Source: a virus
Length of the DNA: 64,000 bases
Strand: one strand, 5' to 3'
IMG/VR virus record: IMGVR_UViG_3300016643_000133
Location: 1 to 64,000 of that record
A model generated the notes under the pieces. That model made no database searches, was not told the DNA's origin, and saw only the letters and a list, made by a program, of their open reading frames with translations. The stretch's first letter is position 1, and the number at the start of each line of letters is the position of its first letter. The position numbers and the translations under genes were made by a program. Positions 48,556 through 58,956 of this stretch are shown here, in pieces.

Positions 48556-49379
48556 TGAAGAACATAAAAATGTTTATGCACCTTCACAAAGATTTTCCTT
48601 TTAATTTTGATTCTTCTTGGGTCAAAGCGTGTTATGCTGGAGGTACCGGGCCGTATGAATGGCACCCACCATCTGATAAAGGTGCCTTTATTAATGTTAC
48701 ACTTGGCGGCATTTTAAAATATCGTCATTATTATTCTGGCATTTCAGAAAATGAATTTCTTCGGGCTATTGGCCAACAAGCAACCGATTGTTATGTATCA
48801 AATTTAGGTTATGATATGCCAGATTATGTTGGTGTTGGGTCATATCGCCGTTACCTTTTTATTGTGGATGCTCATAATAACCCACACGAAAAGGTTACAA
48901 TGCCAGCCAATGAAGAATCTGTAAAATATTTAACTTCAGATGAGCAATTGGAAGCAGCTTCAAAATTATTGGATTCTGTTGATATAATTATCAATCGTGC
49001 TAGAACAATTAATGTAAACATTGAAGAACAATACCTGCAATCACAACCTAAGGTATATTGGGATTTGTTTAAACAAGCTATTGTCAAAGTAAATCCGTCA
49101 TACGAAAAACACATGAGTTGGTTTACAACCAATAACATCATTAGTTTTGAAGGAGTTTACATTGTTCGTAAAGACCTATTTAAAAAATTAGTGAGTGAAT
49201 ATTTTCAGATTATGGAATACATTTGGTCTAATAGTCCAAACAATTATCCAACGCAACAAGTAACCTCTGAACCTCTTCCTTGGAGATACCCTGGTTTTCT
49301 AAATGAGAGGTTTGTTCCGTTTTTTATCTTTGCGAATTCTTTAAGAAAAGCAGAAGTACCTTTGGTGTTTTTAAATTGA
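48555..49379 (+). CDS. DUF4422-like glycosyltransferase
   Basis: DYVGVGSYRRY; RYPGFLNERF. Confidence 0.7.
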   Translation: MKNIKMFMHLHKDFPFNFDSSWVKACYAGGTGPYEWHPPSDKGAFINVTLGGILKYRHYYSGISENEFLRAIGQQATDCYVSNLGYDMPDYVGVGSYRRYLFIVDAHNNPHEKVTMPANEESVKYLTSDEQLEAASKLLDSVDIIINRARTINVNIEEQYLQSQPKVYWDLFKQAIVKVNPSYEKHMSWFTTNNIISFEGVYIVRKDLFKKLVSEYFQIMEYIWSNSPNNYPTQQVTSEPLPWRYPGFLNERFVPFFIFANSLRKAEVPLVFLN

Positions 49380-49783
49380 AAGAAAAATTCATCTCTGCTC
49401 ATATGAAAGCTGCACAAGCATATGCAGAACTTTCATCAGCTAAAAGATTACAAGTTGGTTGTGTCATTGTAAAAGAAAACACGATTATTGGTATTGGTTA
49501 TAATGGAATGCCAAGTGGCTGGGACAATAATTGTGAAACAGAAGAAAACATTACACGACCAGAAGTGCTTCATGCCGAGACAAATGCAATCGCAAAAGTG
49601 GCACGCTCAACAAACTCAACTGACGGCTCTGATATGTTTATCACTCATGCGCCTTGTTTAGATTGTGCTAAGTTAATTCATCAGGCTGGTGTTAAAAATG
49701 TTTGGTTTAAAAATCATTATCGTGACACCTCAGGCATTTCTTTTCTTCAAAAGTGTGGAATAGGAGTTACAAATGTCCAATAA
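49376..49783 (+). CDS. cd: dCMP deaminase
   Basis: GYNG; HAETNAI; PCLDC. Confidence 0.95.
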   Translation: MKEKFISAHMKAAQAYAELSSAKRLQVGCVIVKENTIIGIGYNGMPSGWDNNCETEENITRPEVLHAETNAIAKVARSTNSTDGSDMFITHAPCLDCAKLIHQAGVKNVWFKNHYRDTSGISFLQKCGIGVTNVQ

Positions 49784-49964
49784 AAAAACATATACAACCA
49801 AAGTTTTGGCAATTGATTGTTTTGGTGACGCAATTATACAATTACCAGATGAATTAGTAAAAGAATTAGATTGGCGGCCAGGAGATAAGCTAGATTATCA
49901 GTTAAAAGGCAAATCTGTAATTATTACCAATCTTACCAAAAATGAACGATTATTGAAAAAATAG
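49773..49964 (+). CDS. AbrB/MazE-like DNA-binding protein
   Basis: IIQLPDELVKELDWRPGDKL. Confidence 0.75.
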   Translation: MSNKKTYTTKVLAIDCFGDAIIQLPDELVKELDWRPGDKLDYQLKGKSVIITNLTKNERLLKK

Positions 49965-50017
49965 ATAGCAGTTATAAAAAAATAATATTAGACAAATGAT
50001 GGTTTTTGTGTTACAAT
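49952..50017 (+). promoter_or_regulatory. ahpC promoter with OxyR-like box
   Basis: ATTG-N7-AGAT-N7-ATAA-N7-ATAT abutting TAGACA-N17-TACAAT. Confidence 0.5.
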
Positions 50018-50077
50018 ATTGATAAGTATTATTAAGGTCATAAACCTAATAAACTTTAACTATTAAGGAGAATTGAA

Positions 50078-50638
50078 TTGAAAACAGTAGGTGATAAGAT
50101 TGAACCGTTTGTCGTAACCGGCATTAATCCTGGTTCAGATAAGTTTTTTGATATTACGGAAGAATCTTTTTCTGGTAAATGGAAAGTAATCGTTTACTAT
50201 CCAAAAGATTTCACATTTGTATGCCCAACAGAGATTGTGGCTTATGATAAACTATTCCAAGATTTTGCAGACCGTGATGCTGTATTGCTGACGGGCTCAA
50301 CAGACAATGAGTTTTGTAAATTGGCTTGGCAAAATGCACATGAAGATTTGAAAAAGATTAAACACATTCAGTTTGCTGATACGCAAAGAGAAGCTTCTTG
50401 GTCTAAAGACAGATGTGTTTCTGGTAGCCTCGTAGAACAACTTGGTGTGTTCTTCAACCCTGCCGGTGCTGCTCTCCGTGCAACATTTATTGTTGACCCA
50501 CAGAATGTTATTCAACACATTACTGTCAACAATCTAAATGTTGGTCGCTCACCAGAAGAAACTCTGCGTGTATTGGATGCTCTGCAAACTGGTGAATTGT
50601 GTGCCTGTAATCGCACCGTTGGTGGTGAAACACTATGA
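50078..50638 (+). CDS. ahpC: Peroxiredoxin AhpC
   Basis: YPKDFTFVCPTE; GELCAC; TTG start after SD AAGGAG. Confidence 0.95.
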   Translation: MKTVGDKIEPFVVTGINPGSDKFFDITEESFSGKWKVIVYYPKDFTFVCPTEIVAYDKLFQDFADRDAVLLTGSTDNEFCKLAWQNAHEDLKKIKHIQFADTQREASWSKDRCVSGSLVEQLGVFFNPAGAALRATFIVDPQNVIQHITVNNLNVGRSPEETLRVLDALQTGELCACNRTVGGETL

Positions 50639-51147
50639 GTTGGGTTGACCAAATAAAGGAGGCTTTGCCTGAATATGCGAAAGACACTAAACTCAATTTG
50701 GATTCTGTTATCAATCGTAGCACTCTTGATGCTACTGTTGCTCAAGGCTGTGCCTTGGCCGCTGCTATGGCAACAGGCAATGGAAAACTCGTTGCCTTTA
50801 TACAGTCAGGTTTGGAGGATGCCAAAGAGTGTGACGCAGCATTGACCGCTTCTTCACTTATGGGTATGAACAATGTTTGGTATCCATATGTTGAAATGGT
50901 AAATGACCCTAACCTTTCTGGTTTGCCAGCACAATTGCGTATGAACGCTATTGCAACACACGGCGGAACAACGAAGGCCAATTTTGAAGCCTACAGTTTA
51001 GCTGCGAGTATTGTTGGCAAGTGCCATTTCTGTGTTAAGGCACACTATGATACTTTGAAGAAAGAAGGTATGACTGTTGAACAGTTGCGTGACATTGGTA
51101 GAATTGCAGCAGTTATTACTTCCGTTGCAAAAGTGTTAAATAGTTAA
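50635..51147 (+). CDS. ahpD: Alkyl hydroperoxide reductase AhpD
   Basis: LPEYAKDTKLN; MNNVWY; GKCHFCVKAH. Confidence 0.93.
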   Translation: MSWVDQIKEALPEYAKDTKLNLDSVINRSTLDATVAQGCALAAAMATGNGKLVAFIQSGLEDAKECDAALTASSLMGMNNVWYPYVEMVNDPNLSGLPAQLRMNAIATHGGTTKANFEAYSLAASIVGKCHFCVKAHYDTLKKEGMTVEQLRDIGRIAAVITSVAKVLNS

Positions 51148-51797
51148 TGGCATTTCTCGTTCATAATCTACCACCAGTTCAATGCTTCGTTAAGAAAGAG
51201 TTTCTCTATGATTTTGAAAAAGGTCATGGAGAATATGAACCTTGCATTTGGATGACAATCAAATGTATCAAAGGCCAAGCCTTTCGCATTGAAGCACTTC
51301 TGCCTAATTATGGTGCTTTATATGATAAACTTCCTCTCCATGCTTTTGTATCACGGCAAACAGACCTTAAAACTGCAACTTTGCCTTTGGACTACTTGCA
51401 AATATGGGACTGTTTGAGTTATAATGTTACTGTAATTGAAAAAGATAATTTGCGAATGTTGAAATGCAAATTCTTGGACAAAGACAGAACATGGCACTTC
51501 GGTGAGTATATGTTCACCGTAGATTTTTGCCAAAACGACCCTGGTTATTTGAATACAGGATTTTCTGAAACAGTTGAAGAACACAAAAGTTACAACTTTA
51601 TCAAATTAGATAATGGTCAGTATGCGGCACAACCAAATAACAAGACCCTTTTCTATGATGCATCTTTGACTGTACCTGAATTTAAACGACCAGATTTTAA
51701 AATAGCAACAAAGTTATATTCTGTAGAGAAATTCAATAAACACTCTGCTAGAAATAACAATGATTTTTTTTATGACTTTGAAGAAAGAAAAGAATGA
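51147..51797 (+). CDS. Conserved hypothetical protein
   Basis: Coupled ORF; LQIWDC, EHKS, AAQPNN. Confidence 0.75.
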   Translation: MAFLVHNLPPVQCFVKKEFLYDFEKGHGEYEPCIWMTIKCIKGQAFRIEALLPNYGALYDKLPLHAFVSRQTDLKTATLPLDYLQIWDCLSYNVTVIEKDNLRMLKCKFLDKDRTWHFGEYMFTVDFCQNDPGYLNTGFSETVEEHKSYNFIKLDNGQYAAQPNNKTLFYDASLTVPEFKRPDFKIATKLYSVEKFNKHSARNNNDFFYDFEERKE

Positions 51798-52018
51798 ACA
51801 TTCGTGAACTTGCAAAAAAACTAGCCATTGAAAACAAAATGCCTCGGGCCGAGAAGTATGATTTGGCGCTTCGTGAATTTGACAATAGTGTTGAAGTGAT
51901 TGGTTGGATGCAAGACCCGACCTATGACATGAAGGACTTCCAAGGGCGTGAGATGCTTTTTCCAAAACGCTGGGTTACAATTGGTGTATTGTCAGCTGAT
52001 ACGGAGGTTCGTGTATGA
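51794..52018 (+). CDS. Hypothetical protein
   Basis: ATGA overlaps at both ends. Confidence 0.65.
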   Translation: MNIRELAKKLAIENKMPRAEKYDLALREFDNSVEVIGWMQDPTYDMKDFQGREMLFPKRWVTIGVLSADTEVRV

Positions 52019-52314
52019 CTGTTAAACTTATAACCTTCAAAACAAACCAAACAATTCTGGCTGAGATTGATTGCACAGGAGAAAAAGAAATCTCTATGAA
52101 AGAGCCTGTTCAGGTGATTGTGCAACCAACACAACAAGGCCCAATGATGGGCTTCGCACCATTTTTAGAATATGCTGAAGAATTCAATACAGGCATTAAA
52201 GTATCAATGGACGATGTTCTTTGTCTTACTACACCAAGCCGTGAATTAGTAAATCAATATAACAAAATGTTCGGAAGTGGCATACAGATTGCCTCATCTA
52301 TTCCTAAAATCTGA
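52015..52314 (+). CDS. Conserved hypothetical protein upstream of gp43
   Basis: SD GGAGG; YNKMFGSGI. Confidence 0.7.
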   Translation: MTVKLITFKTNQTILAEIDCTGEKEISMKEPVQVIVQPTQQGPMMGFAPFLEYAEEFNTGIKVSMDDVLCLTTPSRELVNQYNKMFGSGIQIASSIPKI

Positions 52315-52326
52315 TATAATATATGA

Positions 52327-54864
52327 ATGTCTAAAAAATATTACACCCATGTTCTCTGCTTTGGTAATCACATTATGTACCGAGGCATCAACAACGGTCG
52401 GAGAGTAAAGCAGAAGATTGAATACTCTCCGACTTTGTATTTTCCCACTAACAAGAATACCGAATGGCGCTCGTTACAGGGCGATGTGCTAGAACCTAAA
52501 TCGTTTGGCTCTATCCGTGAGGCTAAAGAGTTCATCAAACGGTATGAAGAAGTTCAAAACTTTAAGATGTTTGGTAATACCAGGCTTGAGTATGCCTATA
52601 TCGCTGATACTCAGAAGGGTATCATAGATTGGGACATCAAAGACCTTGACATAGCCATCATTGACATTGAGGTTGGGTCAGAGAACGGCTTCCCAGACCC
52701 AGCCACCGCCAGCGAACCGGTGACCGCCGTAGCTGTAAAACGACTAAATAAAAGGTTAAGCGTTTACGGATGTGGGGATTTTGACAATTCCCGTGATGAT
52801 GTTGACTATATCAAGTGCCAAGACGAATATACCCTACTTAAAACCTTCCTGATGGATTGGGAAGCAAACACACCAGATATTATGTCTGGTTGGAATATTA
52901 AGTTCTTTGATATTCCGTATCTCCACAATCGTATGCAAAGAATTCTTGGGCCAGATTTGACCAAAAAACTATCTCCATGGGGTGGTCTTGCAGAGCGTGA
53001 AAAAATTATTAAAGGTAAAAAACAAACAACATATGAGATTCTCGGTGTTTCTTGTCTTGATTATATTGAGTTATACCGCTGGTATGCTCCCTCTGGTAAA
53101 TCACAAGAGTCCTACAAACTTGACCACATTGCTTCAGTTGAACTAGGCACAAACAAACTAGATTATTCTGAGTATGACAACCTGCATCAATTGTATAAAC
53201 TAAACTATCAAAAGTTTATTGAGTATAATATCAAAGATGTGGAACTTATTGTTGAACTAGAAGATAAGTTGAAACTGATTGAGTTGGCTGTAACTCTGGC
53301 ATATGACACTAAAACGAACTTTGAAGATGTGTTTGCTCAAACTCGTATGTGGGATTCTCTAATCAATTGTTATTTGATGGAACAAAAGATTATTGTGCCA
53401 CCAAAAGAACGCAAAGAAAAAGATTCTGCATTTGAAGGCGCATATGTCAAAGAACCACAAGTTGGTAAGCACGATTGGGTTGCATCGTTTGACCTAAACT
53501 CTCTTTATCCACATTTGTTGATTCAATACAATATTTCACCAGAAACAATTATTGAACCTCACGAATACACACTAGAAATGCGGCGTATTATTTCTGATGG
53601 TGTAAGTGTTGATAAGATGCTTGATATGAAAGTTGATACAAGCAAACTAGAAGGTGTTACATTGACACCAAACGGTCAATACTTTACAACTCGTAAACAA
53701 GGTTTTCTTCCTAAGATGATGGAAGAAATGTATGAGGACCGAAAAAAGTTTAAGAAACTGATGATTAAGGCACAACAAGATTATCAAGTTGAAACTGATA
53801 AGAAGAAAAAAGCAGAACTAGAAAAACTCATTGCACGATATAACAATCTACAACTTGCAAAGAAAGTTTCGCTAAACTCTGCTTATGGTGCTCTTGGCTC
53901 ACAATACTTTCGTTTCTATGATTTGCGTCAGGCACTTGCAGTTACACAAGCAGGTCAATTAAGTATTCGTTGGATTGAGAAGAAACTCAATCAATTTATG
54001 AACAAATTATTAAAAACGGAAAAAGATTATGTTATTGCTTCAGATACAGACAGCATTTATCTCCGTCTTGGTGAGCTCGTTGATAAGGTGTATAAAGAAA
54101 AGACGGACACTAATGCAATTATCACCTTCATGGACAAAGTATGCGAAGATAAAATTCAACCATTTATTGATGAAAGCTACCAAGAACTTGCTGATTATGT
54201 TCACGCACACTCACAAAAAATGCAAATGAAGCGTGAAGCGTTGGCAGACAAAGGTCTATGGACTGCCAAAAAACGCTATGCGCTAAATGTATTTAATAAC
54301 GAAGGTGTTGTTTACAAAGAACCAAAACTCAAAGTGATGGGTCTAGAGATGGTCAAATCATCTACACCTTCTGTTATCCGTGAAAAGATGAAATATGTTT
54401 TGAACCTAATGATGATGGGCACCGAAGAAGATGTGCATGAGTTTATCTCAACTTTCAAAGAAGAATTTATGAAACTTCCGCCAGAAGATATCTCATCACC
54501 AAGAGGTTGTAATGGCATTGCACAGTATTCGGATTCAGTTACATTGTATAAAAAAGGCACACCAATTCATGTAAAGGGTGCCATTCTATACAACTTTCAT
54601 ATTAAACAAATGAAATTAGAGAACAAGTATCCAATGATACAAGAAGGTGAGAAATTAAAGTTTGCTTATCTGAAAATGCCTAACCCAATCAAAGATACTG
54701 TCATCAGTTTTCCTCAACGACTGCCAAAAGAAATGGGTTTGCAAGAGTTTATTGATTATGATATGCAATTTGAGAAAGCCTTTTTAGAACCAATTCGTGT
54801 CGTATTGGATTGTATGGGTTGGAAAACAGAGAAACAAAACTCATTGGAGGATTTCTTTGGATAA
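52327..54864 (+). CDS. gp43: Family B DNA polymerase gp43
   Basis: DIEV exonuclease motif; SFDLNSLYP; KVSLNSAYG; SDTDS. Confidence 0.98.
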   Translation: MSKKYYTHVLCFGNHIMYRGINNGRRVKQKIEYSPTLYFPTNKNTEWRSLQGDVLEPKSFGSIREAKEFIKRYEEVQNFKMFGNTRLEYAYIADTQKGIIDWDIKDLDIAIIDIEVGSENGFPDPATASEPVTAVAVKRLNKRLSVYGCGDFDNSRDDVDYIKCQDEYTLLKTFLMDWEANTPDIMSGWNIKFFDIPYLHNRMQRILGPDLTKKLSPWGGLAEREKIIKGKKQTTYEILGVSCLDYIELYRWYAPSGKSQESYKLDHIASVELGTNKLDYSEYDNLHQLYKLNYQKFIEYNIKDVELIVELEDKLKLIELAVTLAYDTKTNFEDVFAQTRMWDSLINCYLMEQKIIVPPKERKEKDSAFEGAYVKEPQVGKHDWVASFDLNSLYPHLLIQYNISPETIIEPHEYTLEMRRIISDGVSVDKMLDMKVDTSKLEGVTLTPNGQYFTTRKQGFLPKMMEEMYEDRKKFKKLMIKAQQDYQVETDKKKKAELEKLIARYNNLQLAKKVSLNSAYGALGSQYFRFYDLRQALAVTQAGQLSIRWIEKKLNQFMNKLLKTEKDYVIASDTDSIYLRLGELVDKVYKEKTDTNAIITFMDKVCEDKIQPFIDESYQELADYVHAHSQKMQMKREALADKGLWTAKKRYALNVFNNEGVVYKEPKLKVMGLEMVKSSTPSVIREKMKYVLNLMMMGTEEDVHEFISTFKEEFMKLPPEDISSPRGCNGIAQYSDSVTLYKKGTPIHVKGAILYNFHIKQMKLENKYPMIQEGEKLKFAYLKMPNPIKDTVISFPQRLPKEMGLQEFIDYDMQFEKAFLEPIRVVLDCMGWKTEKQNSLEDFFG

Positions 54865-55402
54865 TATTCGCATTATACAAACTGGTGTTGATGTAAGTAA
54901 AATCAAAGAACAGTTAGAAATGTATCCAAAAGATTGGGGTATCCAAACAGAAATGGAACATAGAGATATGCTTGACCCTAATACCAACCTTGTAAGTGCT
55001 AAAGTATTACAATTGATGGTTGGTGCAATATCAGAGGTTGGCCAAGATGTTCGTAATTCTGAAATCTGCATACCCACATCTGCTTGTAGCCGTCATACAG
55101 AAGTGTTACGCTGGGCTTGGAAAACATTTGGTCGTTTTGCTCGGTGTGCTTTTTTGGCTTTGCCGCCAAAAAAGATAGTCGGTCAACACATAGATTGGGG
55201 AACATATTACCTCACGAAAGACCGATATCACCTTTCAATACAAGGTCGTTATAAGTATACAGTTGGCGGAGAATCCGTTATCGTAGAACCAGGAACATTT
55301 CTTTGGTTCAATAATAAACTATCACATGGCACAGAGAATATTGGTGAAGAAACAAGAATCACATTTGTAATAGATGTGCCTCACCATCCAAATAACCCAT
55401 GA
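54857..55402 (+). CDS. Aspartyl/asparaginyl beta-hydroxylase-like 2OG-Fe(II) oxygenase
   Basis: HIDWGTYY; RYHLSI; WFNNKLSHG; RITFVID; TTG start after SD GGAGG. Confidence 0.85.
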   Translation: MDNIRIIQTGVDVSKIKEQLEMYPKDWGIQTEMEHRDMLDPNTNLVSAKVLQLMVGAISEVGQDVRNSEICIPTSACSRHTEVLRWAWKTFGRFARCAFLALPPKKIVGQHIDWGTYYLTKDRYHLSIQGRYKYTVGGESVIVEPGTFLWFNNKLSHGTENIGEETRITFVIDVPHHPNNP

Positions 55403-56232
55403 CACAAGTAATTTTTCCTTTAATCACAGCGTTAGCATTATCTGCTATAGCTGCCTTTTATTCTGTAATTGGTTTAGCGCAAATCTTTCCTGGTTCATTT
55501 TGGCCAATCGTAGTTATGGGTTCAGTATTAGAGCTTGCTAAACTCGTTACTGTTTCTTGGGTGTATAATAATTGGAATACAACAAAAAGAATAATGAAAT
55601 ATTATTTTTTGACTGCTGTTATATTGCTAATGATTATAACATCAATGGGTATCTTTGGTTACCTTTCAAAAGCTCACCTAGAATCTAATGTCACACTTGG
55701 TGCCAATTCTGTTCAACTTAAAACATTAGAGACACAAGAAAAAATTGCTAAAGAAAGGTTGACATATCTTTTACAGAGAGCAGGCGACCCAGCTACAGCA
55801 TCAGCTCGTATTGATAGGCAGATACAAGAAACACAAACAGAATTAAAAAGAATTACAAACGAAAAACTGCCTTTGATGGCAGAAGAAAACAAATTGGCGG
55901 CAGAGATTGGTCCAATTAAGTATATCGCCGAAATGTTCTATGATAAAGATGACCCTTCATTCATAGATAAAGCTGTAAGAGCAGTAATCATTACAATCAT
56001 TATTGTTTTTGACCCACTTGCCGTGTTACTTCTTATAGCATCACAACAGAGTTACCGTAAATTAAAACCACACCAAAAACAAATAAGATGGCCAAAATTT
56101 ACCAGAAAGCAAGTAAAACCACTTGACAAACCACCTGAGGATAGTGTAAAATTTAATCCTTATTTGGACACAACAAGTAACGAAATTATTCCCAAATCAA
56201 AGATTACCAAAATGGATGGAGGCACTTTTTAA
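55399..56232 (+). CDS. Multi-pass membrane protein with coiled coil
   Basis: Three N-terminal TM helices; TSMGIFGYLSKAH; GPIKYIAE; VFDPLAV. Confidence 0.8.
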   Translation: MTQVIFPLITALALSAIAAFYSVIGLAQIFPGSFWPIVVMGSVLELAKLVTVSWVYNNWNTTKRIMKYYFLTAVILLMIITSMGIFGYLSKAHLESNVTLGANSVQLKTLETQEKIAKERLTYLLQRAGDPATASARIDRQIQETQTELKRITNEKLPLMAEENKLAAEIGPIKYIAEMFYDKDDPSFIDKAVRAVIITIIIVFDPLAVLLLIASQQSYRKLKPHQKQIRWPKFTRKQVKPLDKPPEDSVKFNPYLDTTSNEIIPKSKITKMDGGTF

Positions 56233-56233
56233 T

Positions 56234-57289
56234 ATGAGTTTGCTAGATAAATTAAAAAAGAATACAACGATTAAAGATTCGTCTATTCTTGCTAAATCAA
56301 AATTCTTTAATGAAAAAGATATGATACAAACAGATGTGCCGATGGTCAATGTGGCACTATCTGGACAATTAGATGGTGGCCTAACACCAGGACTTACAAT
56401 GCTTGCAGGTCCATCTAAACACTTCAAAACAGCATTTGCTCTTTTGATGGCATCTTCTTATATGAAAAAATATAAAGAAGCTGTCGTATTGTTTTATGAT
56501 TCAGAATTTGGCACACCACAAAAATATTTTGAAACATTTAACATCAATATGGACCGAGTTCTTCATACACCAATTACTGACATTGAAGAATTGAAACATG
56601 ATATTATGAATCAGTTGCAAGGCCTTGACAAAGATGACAAAGTGATTATTGTCATTGATTCAATTGGTAATTTGGCATCACGCAAAGAAGTTGAAGATTC
56701 GTTAGAAGGTAAATCTGTTGCAGATATGACCCGTGCCAAACAAATCAAGTCATTGTTCCGTATGATTACACCACACCTAACAATCAAAGATGTTCCAATG
56801 GTTGTTGTCAATCACACTTACAAAGAAATTGGTATGTTCCCTAAAGATATTGTTGGTGGTGGTACAGGTTCTTATTACTCTGCTGATACAATTTGGATTC
56901 TTGGTCGTCAACAAGATAAAAATGGCGGTGAAATTACTGGTTACAACTTCATTATCAATGTTGAAAAATCTCGTTATGTGCGTGAGAAATCTAAAATTCC
57001 TATTACTGTTTCATTTGATGGCGGTATTCAGAAATACTCTGGTCTTTTAGAAATTGCTTTAGAAGGAGGTTTTGTTCAGAAGCCATCGCCTGGTTGGTAT
57101 GCAAAAGTTGACCAGAAAAGTGGTGAGCTTGGTGCTAAACTGCGTGAGACAGACACCAACTCAAAAGAATTTTGGAAGGATATTCTAAATGATAAGAAGT
57201 TTAATGAATACATTAAGCAACGGTACTCTATTGCTTTTGGAAGTATTCTCGGACAAGATGCAGAGTTGGAGGAAACCGAAAGTGCTTAA
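56234..57289 (+). CDS. uvsX: Recombinase UvsX (RecA-like)
   Basis: GPSKHFKT; YDSEFG; IDSIGNLAS; promoter TTGACA-N18-TAAAAT at 56123-56152. Confidence 0.96.
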   Translation: MSLLDKLKKNTTIKDSSILAKSKFFNEKDMIQTDVPMVNVALSGQLDGGLTPGLTMLAGPSKHFKTAFALLMASSYMKKYKEAVVLFYDSEFGTPQKYFETFNINMDRVLHTPITDIEELKHDIMNQLQGLDKDDKVIIVIDSIGNLASRKEVEDSLEGKSVADMTRAKQIKSLFRMITPHLTIKDVPMVVVNHTYKEIGMFPKDIVGGGTGSYYSADTIWILGRQQDKNGGEITGYNFIINVEKSRYVREKSKIPITVSFDGGIQKYSGLLEIALEGGFVQKPSPGWYAKVDQKSGELGAKLRETDTNSKEFWKDILNDKKFNEYIKQRYSIAFGSILGQDAELEETESA

Positions 57290-57599
57290 AGAAGGAGTTG
57301 ACTACGCTTTCATAGAATTCAAAGATAGTGACCTTACTGGTATACAAGTTCTAAAAGGCGAGTATGAAGGCGTAGTTTACCATTACCATAAAGCCAGGGT
57401 AGTTGAAGATAACGGCTTTGCTAGGTTACAATTTGGTTTTACAATCGTTCATCCAGGCAAACACGACATAGACCTCTTGCAAAATGACGAAGGATTTGTT
57501 ACAATTATGGGTGATATCTTACAACAATTAGTATTGAATAAAGCGAAGGCAGATGAACAGATTAGAACAGATAATTCTGAAGAATTTAATTTACAATGA
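57282..57599 (+). CDS. Hypothetical protein in the gp40 position
   Basis: GTG start after SD GGAGG; between uvsX and gp41. Confidence 0.65.
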   Translation: MLKEGVDYAFIEFKDSDLTGIQVLKGEYEGVVYHYHKARVVEDNGFARLQFGFTIVHPGKHDIDLLQNDEGFVTIMGDILQQLVLNKAKADEQIRTDNSEEFNLQ

Positions 57600-58956
57600 G
57601 GCTTTCACAAGAAAAGTAATTCCTTTTATTCGTTCTGATTATTTTGGTGAAGATGCCGAAAGAATCATTTTCAAAGAAGTTTTTGAATTTACAAACAAAT
57701 ACAAGAATCTTCCGTCACACGAAGCCCTTGTAATCAACCTTACCGAAAGTAAATCGCTGACCGAACCACAAGTAAGGTCGGCGATTGAACTTCTCAACGA
57801 AATCAAAGAATCAAAAGATGAAACTGTAGAGTTGTCTTGGATTACTGAGCAAACAGAAAAGTTTTGCCAAGATAAAGCCATCTACAATGCCATCATGGAA
57901 TCTGTGCATATCCTTGATGACAAAAACTCCAAAAAATCAAAAGGCGAAATACCAAAACTTCTTGCTGATGCTCTTGGTGTTTCATTTGACAGTAATGTTG
58001 GTCACGATTACATGAATGACTTTGATGACCGATATGACTTCTATCACCGTGTTGAAAGTCGTATTCGTTTTGATTTGGATATTTTCAACAAGATTACTAA
58101 AGGCGGTCTGCCAGTTAAAACTTTGAATATTGCTCTTGCAGGCACAGGTGTTGGTAAATCATTGTTTATGTGTCACATGGCAGGCTCTTGTTTGTCACAA
58201 GGCCATAATGTGTTGTATATTACACTAGAAATGGCCGAAGAAAAGATTGCTGAGCGTATTGATGCGAACTTACTCAATGCTGATTTCAATGAACTTCATA
58301 CGATGAGTAAATCTGATTATGAGCGCAAGTTTGAAGCCCTCAGAACCAAAACTCATGGTAAACTTATCATCAAAGAATATCCAACTGCCAGCGCTTCTGC
58401 ACTACATTTCCGTGCTTTGCTAAACGAACTTGCTCTGAAGAAGAATTTCAGACCAGATATTATCTTTATTGATTATCTAAACATCTGTTCATCAGCACGA
58501 ATCAAACCAGGCGGCAATGTCAACAGTTATACTTACATTAAATCTATTGCTGAAGAATTGCGTGGTCTTGCCGTTGAAAACAACCTACCTATTGTTTCTG
58601 CGACACAAACAACCCGAAGCGGTTTCACCAATTCAGACCCTGGCTTGGAAGATACAAGTGAATCGTTTGGTCTGCCTGCAACGGCCGATTTTATGTTTGC
58701 TTTGATTTCAAATGAAGAACTAGAAGGTCTGAATCAGATTCTTGTCAAACAATTAAAGAATCGTTATAGTGACCCAAATGCCTTCAAACGATTTGTAGTT
58801 GGTGTTGACAGGTCAAAAATGCGACTATATGATGCAGAAGATTCAGCACAACAGGGCATTACTGATTCTGGTCAAGATGAAGATACAGGCCCAATCAATA
58901 CATTTGGCACAAGAGAAAGCAAATTTAATCGTAATTTTGATGGTCTAAAAGTATGA
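57553..58956 (+). CDS. gp41: Replicative helicase gp41
   Basis: AGTGVGKS; TLEMAE; IDYLN; SESFGLPATAD; QLKNRY. Confidence 0.97.
   Translation: MNRLEQIILKNLIYNEAFTRKVIPFIRSDYFGEDAERIIFKEVFEFTNKYKNLPSHEALVINLTESKSLTEPQVRSAIELLNEIKESKDETVELSWITEQTEKFCQDKAIYNAIMESVHILDDKNSKKSKGEIPKLLADALGVSFDSNVGHDYMNDFDDRYDFYHRVESRIRFDLDIFNKITKGGLPVKTLNIALAGTGVGKSLFMCHMAGSCLSQGHNVLYITLEMAEEKIAERIDANLLNADFNELHTMSKSDYERKFEALRTKTHGKLIIKEYPTASASALHFRALLNELALKKNFRPDIIFIDYLNICSSARIKPGGNVNSYTYIKSIAEELRGLAVENNLPIVSATQTTRSGFTNSDPGLEDTSESFGLPATADFMFALISNEELEGLNQILVKQLKNRYSDPNAFKRFVVGVDRSKMRLYDAEDSAQQGITDSGQDEDTGPINTFGTRESKFNRNFDGLKV

Noticed and set aside
52327-54864. Introns or inteins in gp43 (also checked gp17, gp41, gp46, uvsW, uvsX)
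   Set aside because: Lengths are normal and motifs contiguous; no intein splice motifs or frame breaks seen
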